A stretch of 64,000 nt of DNA from an uncultured Acidobacteriota bacterium (lineage in GTDB: Bacteria; Acidobacteriota; Vicinamibacteria; Vicinamibacterales; CAVVIG01). The translations under genes and the position numbers were made by a program. The stretch lies in NCBI GenBank assembly GCA_963725105.1, contig CAVRXZ010000017.1, positions 3,975-67,974 on the forward strand, written 5' to 3'. The notes beneath the pieces are model-generated. The model saw nothing but the letters and a program-made list of their open reading frames with translations, was not told the DNA's origin and did no database searches. Positions 44,600 through 52,200 of the stretch are shown here, in pieces. Positions within the stretch are counted from its first letter, which is position 1, and every line of letters starts with the position of its first letter.

Positions 44600-46030
44600 A
44601 TGGTGCGTGTAGTCCTGGCGAGCCTGGTGGTCGCGGCAACCATCGCCGTCCCCGCCGAACCAGCCGATCAATCCTTTCAAGTCACGTTCGCGAAGGACGT
44701 GCTTCCCATTCTCCAGAAGAATTGCCAGAGCTGCCATCGGCCCGGGCAGGTCGCGCCGATGTCGCTCATCAGCTACGAGGAGACTCGCCCCTGGGCGAAG
44801 GCCATCAAAGCTGCGGTGATGCAGAGAAAGATGCCGCCGTGGTTCGCCGACCCGAGCTATGGCCACTTCACCAACGACCGCTCCCTGAAGCAGAGCGATA
44901 TCGACACGCTCGTGAAATGGGCGGACGGTGGTGCGGTGGGAGGCGATCCCAAGGATGCGCCAGCCCGGATTGAATGGCCTACCGGCGGTTGGGGAGTCCA
45001 TCCAGACGTTGTTGTGGATCTCCCTCCCCACGAGGTGCCGGCGAAGGGCATTCTGGAATGGGAGCTGATCGCCATTCCCTCTCCCTTTCAGGGCGACACA
45101 TGGGTTACGTCGATGGAAATCCTGCCGGGCGACGCCTCGGTCGTGCATCACATCTGCTTCAGCTTCGAGAAGCACAGCGCTAACACCGTGTACAACCGCT
45201 ACGAATGGGTGCAGGTTCCCCGCGACGCCACGGGCAATCCGACGCCCGGCAACAGCGGGTTTGGCGAGTTGCCCGGCATGATCATCGCAACGCGCGATGT
45301 CGGCAGCACTGAAGTGAAGCTCAGGCAGGGCCATCCGACGCTCAGGCAGAATCTCGATTTCTGCTACCTGCCCGGCGCAGGCTACGACGATTACCGCGCG
45401 TGGAATGCCGGCAAGCTGGTGCCGGCCGGATCGGACCTCATCGTCAGCCTCCACTACACAACCAGTGGCCGGCCGCTGGTGGACCGGACCAAGATCGGTT
45501 TCACCGTCGCGAAGACGCCCCCGCCGAGGAAGTTCTTCGTGCAGGGCGCGGGCGAGGATGCGCCGGTCATCACCCCGACCGCAGCCAGCAACAGGGCGGT
45601 GTTCGCGTCCGCCTACAATCCTGAATTTGCGATTCCGCCGAACGAGGCCAACTATCTGGCGCCACCGATGGACATCACGTTCCTCAAGGACGTCGAAATC
45701 GTACGGCTGCGGCCGCACGCGCACGTTCGTGGCAGGAGTGCGCAGTACAAGGTGACCTATCCGGACGGACGCGAAGAGGTGGTGCTCAATGTCCCCGGCT
45801 ACGACTTCAACTGGCAGCTCGCCTACGGCACTTCGCTGAAGTTGCCGAAGGGGAGTCACATGCGCTTCGAATTCCGCTACGACAATTCAGCCGGCAACAA
45901 GTCCAATCCCGATCCGAGCCGGTGGGTGTATCAAGGGTTTCAGAGTTGGGAGGAAATGATGGCGCCCAACTTGGGGTTCCTTGTCGATCGCGACACGGAT
46001 ATCGGCGGGCTCATGTCCATCACCAACTGA
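44600..46030 (+). CDS. Exported heme-c (CxxCH) domain fused to a PHM/DBH-like copper type II monooxygenase-like domain
   Basis: RBS aaggagg at 44586-44592 precedes ATG 44600. Signal peptide is MVRVVLASLVVAATIAVPA. The heme-c segment is FAKDVLPILQKNCQSCHRPGQVAPMSL...MPPWFADP. The following domain carries VVHHICFSF, IVSLHYTTSG, LRPHAHVRG and SWEEMMAPNL, which gives the HH...H and HxH...M copper-ligand spacing. Confidence 0.7.
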   Translation: MVRVVLASLVVAATIAVPAEPADQSFQVTFAKDVLPILQKNCQSCHRPGQVAPMSLISYEETRPWAKAIKAAVMQRKMPPWFADPSYGHFTNDRSLKQSDIDTLVKWADGGAVGGDPKDAPARIEWPTGGWGVHPDVVVDLPPHEVPAKGILEWELIAIPSPFQGDTWVTSMEILPGDASVVHHICFSFEKHSANTVYNRYEWVQVPRDATGNPTPGNSGFGELPGMIIATRDVGSTEVKLRQGHPTLRQNLDFCYLPGAGYDDYRAWNAGKLVPAGSDLIVSLHYTTSGRPLVDRTKIGFTVAKTPPPRKFFVQGAGEDAPVITPTAASNRAVFASAYNPEFAIPPNEANYLAPPMDITFLKDVEIVRLRPHAHVRGRSAQYKVTYPDGREEVVLNVPGYDFNWQLAYGTSLKLPKGSHMRFEFRYDNSAGNKSNPDPSRWVYQGFQSWEEMMAPNLGFLVDRDTDIGGLMSITN

Positions 46031-46052
46031 ATCGCTGCGCCTCGGCGCTCTG

Positions 46053-48212
46053 TCACCTCTTCGAATCGATTTGCTGGAGCAACGCCTGAAAACGAGGGTG
46101 CTTCCGGATCGGATCGAGGTCGGAGTCGGTTTCGAGCCAGGCGCGATGGTTGTAGCCGGCGCGGACGGCGCGCTCCAGGTGCTCGAGCGCCTCGTCGGTC
46201 CGTCCCTGCGAGGCATAGATGCACGCGACGTTGTAGAGGAGTCCGGTTTCGTTCGGAGCAATGGTGACGGCGCGATTCACCATCTCCAGACCTTCGGCGG
46301 TGTTGTCGGTTTCAATGAGCGCACCACCACACAGATAAAGAGCACGGGCATCGGCGGGATTGAGCTCGAGGTGACTGCGGGCCTTGGCAATCCCCGCACG
46401 GAACGCCTCCGTGGCGTCCTCGATTCGACCCAGGCTGCGGTACACCTGCGGTAGCAGCAGTGGCGCCTGAAAGTCCTCCGGGCGTACCTCGATCGCCTGC
46501 TCGTAGAGACGGGCGGCCTTGAGATACTTCCCCTGCGCCACGCTGGCCCGAGCGTAGAAATAGTAGGCCTCATACAGCTTGGGATTGAGCGCGATCGCCT
46601 TCTCGAAGTGTTCGGCGGCCTGGTCGTGGTTGCTGCTGAACGACAGGACCATGCCGCGCGATGCGTGCGCCTCAGCGAGGTCAGGATCCAGTTCCAGCGC
46701 TTTGCGGCTGGCTTCTTCGGCAAGCACGCGCTCCCGCTCACTGCTGCCGGCATACATGAACAGGAACGACCAGCAATCCGCCAGTGCCGCGTAGGCGAGG
46801 GCATAGTTGGGATCCAGTTTGATCGCCCGCTCGTACATCTGCCGGGCCAGCTCCCAATTCCGGCGGTCGAACTCGTAGAAGTACCGCCGACCTCGCAAAT
46901 AGAAGTCGTACGCCTCGACATCGCGCGTCGCGACGTGCTGGATCAGGCGGCGCTCTTTGGGGCTGAGCGTCACCTCGAGCGCCTGCACGATGCTTTCGGC
47001 AATTTCGTCCTGGATCGCGAAGATGTCCTCCATCTTGCGGTCGTAGCGTTCGGACCAGAGGCGGTAACCATCGTTGACGTTGACGAGCTGGGCCGTGATG
47101 CGGATCTGGTTGCCTGCCTTCCGGACGCTCCCCTCGACGATCTTCTCGACATTGAGGCGCTCGCCGATTTCGCGGATGTCGTGCTTGGTCCCCTTGTATT
47201 GAAAGGCCGAGGTCCGCGAGGCCACGCGCAGGTTCTTGATTCGGCCGAGGCCGTTGATCAGCTCTTCGGCGATGCCTTCGCAGAAGTACTCCTGTTCAGG
47301 ATCGGGGCTCATGTTGGCAAACGGCAGGACCGCGATCGAATTGGTCGCGCGTCGTTCGTTGTCCGAGATTTCCTGTTTCAACTCCTTCAGCTCGATCAGT
47401 AGATCGCGCGCCGTCTGGTACCGATCTCCAGGATCCTTGTTGAGGCAGCGGCGCACAATCCGTCCGAGGTGGCTCGGCAGTCCGATGTTGATCTCGTTCA
47501 CCGGAAACGGTGTGTCGCGGAGGATTGCCGAGATCACGTCAGCCGACGTCTCGCCCGGGAACGGGCGCTTTCCCGTGAGGAGCTGGTAGAAGATGATGCC
47601 CACCGAAAAGATGTCGGACCGGTGATCGGCAGGCCGGCCCTGGAGTTGCTCCGGCGACATGTAGGGGACGGTTCCCACCACAGTCCCTTCGCGTGTCAGA
47701 CCCTCCGTCGCGACATCAGAAAACCCGCTTCCGCGCTCAGGCTCCTGCAGTTTCGCCACTCCGAAATCGAGGACCTTCAGGCGCCCATCGTCGGTCACCA
47801 TGATGTTCGCGGGCTTCAGATCGCGATGGACGATCCCTTTTTCATGCGCGGCCACGAGCGCCTCAACCAGTGGGCGAGCAAGCTCCATAAACGCCTGGAA
47901 GCTCAACCCACTCGCGACGATGCGGGCGTCGAGGCTGCGGCCGACGACGTGCTCCATGGTCAGGAAGCGCACGCCCTCGGCCTCTTCGACCGAGTAGATT
48001 GTGACGATATTCGGGTGATTGAGCGTGGCGACCGTCTTCGCTTCGCGTTCGAACCGTTGCAAGCGCTCCGGACTGCTGGCCATTTCCATCGGGAGCACCT
48101 TGAGGGCGACCTCACGATCGAGCGTGAGGTCTCGGGCCAGGTAGACCTCTCCCATTCCGCCAGAGCCCAGCTTCCCCGTGATCCTGTAGTGCGACAGCGT
48201 CCGCCCGATCAT
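46053..48212 (-). CDS. Ser/Thr protein kinase with central TolB-N/FlgO-like module and C-terminal TPR repeats
   Basis: Kinase motifs are GSGGMGEVYLARD, VALKVL, HRDLKPANIM, DFGVAK and PYMSPEQ. The middle segment is SIAVLPFANMSPDPEQEYFCEGIAEELINGL. The C-terminus carries multiple TPR-like repeats. RBS gagggag precedes the start, which is 16 nt after family member D. Confidence 0.9.
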   Translation of the reverse strand: MIGRTLSHYRITGKLGSGGMGEVYLARDLTLDREVALKVLPMEMASSPERLQRFEREAKTVATLNHPNIVTIYSVEEAEGVRFLTMEHVVGRSLDARIVASGLSFQAFMELARPLVEALVAAHEKGIVHRDLKPANIMVTDDGRLKVLDFGVAKLQEPERGSGFSDVATEGLTREGTVVGTVPYMSPEQLQGRPADHRSDIFSVGIIFYQLLTGKRPFPGETSADVISAILRDTPFPVNEINIGLPSHLGRIVRRCLNKDPGDRYQTARDLLIELKELKQEISDNERRATNSIAVLPFANMSPDPEQEYFCEGIAEELINGLGRIKNLRVASRTSAFQYKGTKHDIREIGERLNVEKIVEGSVRKAGNQIRITAQLVNVNDGYRLWSERYDRKMEDIFAIQDEIAESIVQALEVTLSPKERRLIQHVATRDVEAYDFYLRGRRYFYEFDRRNWELARQMYERAIKLDPNYALAYAALADCWSFLFMYAGSSERERVLAEEASRKALELDPDLAEAHASRGMVLSFSSNHDQAAEHFEKAIALNPKLYEAYYFYARASVAQGKYLKAARLYEQAIEVRPEDFQAPLLLPQVYRSLGRIEDATEAFRAGIAKARSHLELNPADARALYLCGGALIETDNTAEGLEMVNRAVTIAPNETGLLYNVACIYASQGRTDEALEHLERAVRAGYNHRAWLETDSDLDPIRKHPRFQALLQQIDSKR

Positions 48213-48228
48213 GCTCCCTCGTCGAATC

Positions 48229-49053
48229 TCATTTGCCGACCAGGTGCTGGATGGACTTCTCGTTCTCCAGGCACACCTCGTCGATCATCTCGATGTTCAG
48301 CTGAATCACTTCGTGCACCGTGACGGTCCACGGTTTCGTGTACGTCTTCGGATCGTCCACCGTGACCTCGACATCGAGGTGCCCGTAGTCGGGCCGGCGG
48401 ATCCGTTCGGTGAGCCGGCCCTCCTCGCTGATCGGGCTGCCGCTGATATCGAGCCACACATCGCCGCGAAGACCAATTGTGTCCACTACCAGCGTGTCGT
48501 CTTTCCACTGTGCGGTGGAGTAGCCGTTCCACGACGGCTGTGGATCAACGGGCATCGCCCGCCCGTCCATGAAGATCTGACGGTAGGCGGCATTGAACTC
48601 GTTGAGGACGACGAGCAGATCGCGCGTCTGGATCACTTTCTGTCGATGGGGCAGCGTCCAGATTCGAGGCGGATTCGACGGCAGGCAGTGTGAGTGTGGG
48701 TCGTCCTTGCTGAACTCGGCCCGGCGCTGACGCACGAGTTCGGCGGCCCACGCCTGATAGGGGAGACCTTCAGCCAAACCGTAGCCGATACTGACCGCCT
48801 GACGTGATGGCAGGTCCTTCTCCTGGCAGTCCAGGCCGTCACGAATGAGGTCGGGGCATGGAGAATCGGGCGCCAGCATCCATATGCCCGAGAAATCGGG
48901 CCGCCCGTCGGCGGTCCGGGGCGTCGGGGCGGACAGATTCGGTCGGCCGTCGGGCCGAAGCGGCACGCCGGCTGTCTTGATCGTGATCCATTGAGCGGAG
49001 GTCACCGGGACGAAGACGAGCAGCAGACATAGCGCGACACCGCCCAGCTTCAT
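48229..49053 (-). CDS. Secreted protein of the uncharacterised family (member D)
   Basis: ATG 49053 gives MKLGGVALCLLLVFVPVTSAQWITIKTAGVPLRPDGRPNLSAPTPRTADGRPDFSGIWML. Family blocks are HSHCLPSN, RQIFMDGRAMP, WNGYSTAQWKDDTLVVDTIG and C-terminal EVCLENEKSIQHLVGK. It lies directly upstream of the kinase on the same strand. Confidence 0.8.
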   Translation of the reverse strand: MKLGGVALCLLLVFVPVTSAQWITIKTAGVPLRPDGRPNLSAPTPRTADGRPDFSGIWMLAPDSPCPDLIRDGLDCQEKDLPSRQAVSIGYGLAEGLPYQAWAAELVRQRRAEFSKDDPHSHCLPSNPPRIWTLPHRQKVIQTRDLLVVLNEFNAAYRQIFMDGRAMPVDPQPSWNGYSTAQWKDDTLVVDTIGLRGDVWLDISGSPISEEGRLTERIRRPDYGHLDVEVTVDDPKTYTKPWTVTVHEVIQLNIEMIDEVCLENEKSIQHLVGK

Positions 49054-49109
49054 AGGGACATCCTCGAAAACAGGGTGGCATTGTATGCCAGTCAGTGGAG
49101 GCATTAGAT

Positions 49110-49197
49110 GTTCCAGGTTCCGGGTTCATGGTTCGTGGTTCGCGGCGGAATCCTGGAACCTCAGAACCAGGAACCTTGGAACCTGGAACCCGGAACG
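49110..49197. repeat. GGTTCC/GGAACC heptad inverted array, copy 2
   Basis: The left half is gttcc aggttcc gggttca tggttcg tggttcg, the centre is cggcgg, and the right half is ggaatcc tggaacc tcagaacc aggaacc ttggaacc tggaacc cggaacg. The architecture matches 7264-7356. It again lies just upstream of a minus-strand start (49053) in a divergent intergenic region. Confidence 0.8.
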
Positions 49198-49340
49198 ACC
49201 AACTACCATTCGGTCAACACCGACGTGCAGAAGCGCATCCGGTACCTCGAAGACCCGGGTGACTGATCGGCGTTCCCTGCAATGCGTCAGACATTCCTGT
49301 AGCTGTTTTCTTGCGAGGTTCAAAGATGTAGGACGCTCGA

Positions 49341-49362
49341 TCGGATTTCCGAGGAAATCCGA
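49341..49362. promoter_or_regulatory. Perfect 10-bp inverted repeat (candidate operator)
   Basis: TCGGATTTCC-ga-GGAAATCCGA lies about 70 nt upstream of ATG 49431. Its TTCC/GGAA core resembles the units of the neighbouring heptad array. Confidence 0.35.
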
Positions 49363-49430
49363 CGCAGTCGGCGGCGCGGTTCTTGCTGTTTGTAGACGCA
49401 TCCAGAACCTTCATCGCCCGGGGGGTGTCC

Positions 49431-49952
49431 ATGGCCATGAGCAACGTCCCAACGTCGGTTGCACCACATGACTCGCTGCGCCCGCTTCTTGTTCAGCCCG
49501 TCGCCGCGCCGCCCCTGCCGCATTTCCGGCCGGCACCTGTCGCGGTCGAGGCCGTCTGCCTGACGCATCGGCCCGACATCGGCATTCCGCAGGAAGAGTG
49601 GCGCGCACTGGTCGGATCCCGCGTGAACGCGCTCATCATTGGCCGGGACGAACTGGTCACGCGCTTGTGGACGAGTATGTGGCCCGCGCTTGCGAAACCG
49701 GTATGCTGGACGAGATGCGGCGGACTGCGGTTCCCAAAGCAGGCGGTGCCGACGCTGGTCCTCGAGCGCGTTGATCAACTGAGTCGCGACGAGCAGCAGC
49801 GGCTGCTCGAAGAACTGGAGGGCGAGGCCGCTGCCACACGCGTCCTGGCGACCGCGAAGGAGCCCTTCTTCTCTCTCGTCGAGCGCGGCGCGTTTCTCGA
49901 GACGCTGTACTATCGTCTGAACCCCATCCTGCTCACGCTGTCTGCTCTGTAG
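49431..49952 (+). CDS. Hypothetical protein resembling a degenerate, shortened sigma-54-activator AAA+ domain (Walker motifs lost)
   Basis: VNALIIGRDELVTRL sits in place of the nVLItGEsGtGKE Walker A. PTLVLERVDQLSRDEQQRLLEEL sits in place of GtLFLDEi.el....Q..LL..L. TRVLATAKEPFFSLVERGAFLETLYYRLNPILLTL sits in place of vRviaATn.dL...v..G.FReDLyyRLnv..i.l. No GAFTGA loop and no HTH domain. The start choice is uncertain (the track ORF begins at 49383). Confidence 0.45.
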   Translation: MAMSNVPTSVAPHDSLRPLLVQPVAAPPLPHFRPAPVAVEAVCLTHRPDIGIPQEEWRALVGSRVNALIIGRDELVTRLWTSMWPALAKPVCWTRCGGLRFPKQAVPTLVLERVDQLSRDEQQRLLEELEGEAAATRVLATAKEPFFSLVERGAFLETLYYRLNPILLTLSAL

Positions 49953-50130
49953 GCAGGCCGCGAACCTGTCTGTCGGCATAGGGCGGCAGCGGTACGCTAA
50001 AGTCTGCGCTATATCTACAGCGAGTCTCCCGGGCGCCAGCCTGCGCTGGTTCCAGCCGGGGAGATTGTTTCCACCAGAGAAAAGTGGCTGATGTCAGTGG
50101 CCTGTCGTGTAATGGCCGCAGGAGGCTCTT

Positions 50131-51018
50131 GTGACAGTCGGAATCACCGGTGCGAGCGGACACCTGGCAGCGAGCGCGGTTGGGTATCTGCTCGAACGAA
50201 CCTCCCCGTCTGACGTGATCGCCGTGACCCGCACGCCGGCGAAACTCGACACACTAGCCAGACAAGGCATTCGCGTCCGGTCCGCCGACTTCAATGATCC
50301 ATCCGGGCTGGCGAAGGCGTTCGACGGAGTGAACCGCCTCCTGATCATCCCCACGCCCGATCTGATGCCGGGTGTTCGCCCACGTCAGCATACGGCGGCG
50401 ATTGATGCCGCCGTGGCTGCGGGCGTCGCCCACATCATCTATATCTCGACGGTCGGGGCTCATCCTGGCTCATCCGATGGCCTCCCGGAATCGCACTTTG
50501 CAACCGAGCGGCGCCTGATTGCCAGCTCTGCCGCCTGGAACGTCCTCCGTATGTCGCTGTTTGCGGAGACGTTGGTCGATCCCGCGACAAGAGCGGCTGG
50601 ATCCGGCACCTGGTCGGCACTCGAGAGTGCTCCGATTTCGTATGTCGCGCGCGACGATGTCGCGGCCGCCGCTGCGGGGCTGCTGCTCGGGAAGGGCCAC
50701 GATGGCTACACGTACCATGCGACTGGTCCGCAGGCGCTGACGCCGTCCGACGTCGCCCGTATCGTTTCCCAGACCATTGGGGTGAACGTCGCGATTACAC
50801 CTCAAACGCCGGCACAATACGAAGCGGGCCTCGCGGGGGCGGGGCTGCCGCCGTGGCTGGTAGACATCCTGTTGCGTTTTCAGCAAGACGCGCGCGACGG
50901 TCTTTTCGACCTGGTCACGGGAGACGTCGAGCGGTTGTCGGGCCGACGCGCCGAGTCGGTTGCCGATTTCCTGAGTCGGCGAGTCGGGCCCTCAGGCCCA
51001 GCCCGGACAAGCCGCTGA
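50131..51018 (+). CDS. NmrA-like/atypical SDR NAD(P)H-binding oxidoreductase
   Basis: GTG start. The Rossmann N-terminus is MTVGITGASGHLAASAVGYLLER, followed by RLLIIPT and AHIIYISTVGA. Length is 295 aa. Confidence 0.75.
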   Translation: MTVGITGASGHLAASAVGYLLERTSPSDVIAVTRTPAKLDTLARQGIRVRSADFNDPSGLAKAFDGVNRLLIIPTPDLMPGVRPRQHTAAIDAAVAAGVAHIIYISTVGAHPGSSDGLPESHFATERRLIASSAAWNVLRMSLFAETLVDPATRAAGSGTWSALESAPISYVARDDVAAAAAGLLLGKGHDGYTYHATGPQALTPSDVARIVSQTIGVNVAITPQTPAQYEAGLAGAGLPPWLVDILLRFQQDARDGLFDLVTGDVERLSGRRAESVADFLSRRVGPSGPARTSR

Positions 51019-51090
51019 GCGGGCCGGTCCCCGACGACTGTGCTACGCTTCACGGCTTCGGATCAAATCGTCATTCACGCATGCGGAGTC

Positions 51091-52197
51091 ATGGAATCCA
51101 GGGACATGCTCGTCAGGCGTTTGGCACACTTCGCGACCCTCCTTATGGTGCTGGGCGTCACGGCGTGTAATCGTCCGCAGACGCCTGCGTCGGGTCCACG
51201 GGGGTTCCCCCCTGCGGCCGTGAAGCTCGTCACGGTCGAAAACAAACGCATCGAGGACGCGACCGAGTATCTCGGGACGCTGAAGTCGCTCCATTCGACA
51301 ATCATCCAGCCCCAGATCGACGGCCAAATCACCAAGATTGACGTGAAGTCTGGCGACCGCGTCGAAAAGGGTGCGCCGCTGATGCAGATCGATCCGCGTC
51401 GGCAGGAGGCCACGGTGTCGAGCCAGGAGGCCGAGCGAACATCGCGGGAAGCCAACGTGACCTATGCCCGCCAGCAGCAACAGCGCATGAGCGCGTTGTT
51501 CGAGCAGAAGGTCGTCAGCAAGCAGGAGCTGGAGCAGGCCGAAACGGCCCTTCGCACGGCGGAAGCGGCCCTCGAGTCGCTTCAGGCGCAGATCCAGCAG
51601 CAGCAGGTCCAGCTCCACTACTACACCGTCACGTCGCCCACGGCGGGCGTGATCGGCGATGTGCCAGTGCGGGTCGGCCATCAGGTCACGACGACGACCG
51701 CTCTGACGACCATCGATCAGAACGAAACGCTCGAGGTCTACGTCGCGGTGCCGCTCGAGCGGGCGACCCAATTGAGAATCGGGCTGCCGATTCACGTGCT
51801 GGCGAGCGAAACGCAGGAGATGCTCGCCTCGTCGACGATCAGCTTCATTTCTCCGCGCGTCGACGACCAGACGCAGTCGGTGCTCGTCAAGGGGCAGGTC
51901 TCGAATGCCCGTGGGGCGCTGCGCGGCTCGCAGATAGTCCGGGCGCGCATCGTCTGGCGGACGACTGACGGCCAGGTCCTGCCGGTGACCGCCGTGCTGC
52001 GGGTCAACGCGCAGTTTTTCGCGTTCGTCGCCGAGGACGCCGGCGAGCGTCTCGTGGCCCGCCAGCGGGCGGTCAAGCTCGGGCCCATCCTCGGCAACGA
52101 CTATGTGGTGCTCGATGGCCTCAAGCCGGGCGATCGGCTGGTCGCGTCGGGCGTACAGAAACTGACCGACGGCGCGCCAATCGCCGCACAGCCCTGA
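51091..52197 (+). CDS. RND efflux periplasmic adaptor (membrane fusion protein, HlyD family) lipoprotein
   Basis: The lipobox is LMVLGVTAC. Further blocks are YLGTLKSLHSTIIQPQIDGQITKIDVKSGDRVEKGAPLMQIDP, the coiled-coil segment QELEQAETALRTAEAALESLQAQIQQQQVQL, and YYTVTSPTAGVIGD. ATG 51091 and ATG 51106 are both possible starts. Confidence 0.85.
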   Translation: MESRDMLVRRLAHFATLLMVLGVTACNRPQTPASGPRGFPPAAVKLVTVENKRIEDATEYLGTLKSLHSTIIQPQIDGQITKIDVKSGDRVEKGAPLMQIDPRRQEATVSSQEAERTSREANVTYARQQQQRMSALFEQKVVSKQELEQAETALRTAEAALESLQAQIQQQQVQLHYYTVTSPTAGVIGDVPVRVGHQVTTTTALTTIDQNETLEVYVAVPLERATQLRIGLPIHVLASETQEMLASSTISFISPRVDDQTQSVLVKGQVSNARGALRGSQIVRARIVWRTTDGQVLPVTAVLRVNAQFFAFVAEDAGERLVARQRAVKLGPILGNDYVVLDGLKPGDRLVASGVQKLTDGAPIAAQP

Positions 52198-52200
52198 CCG

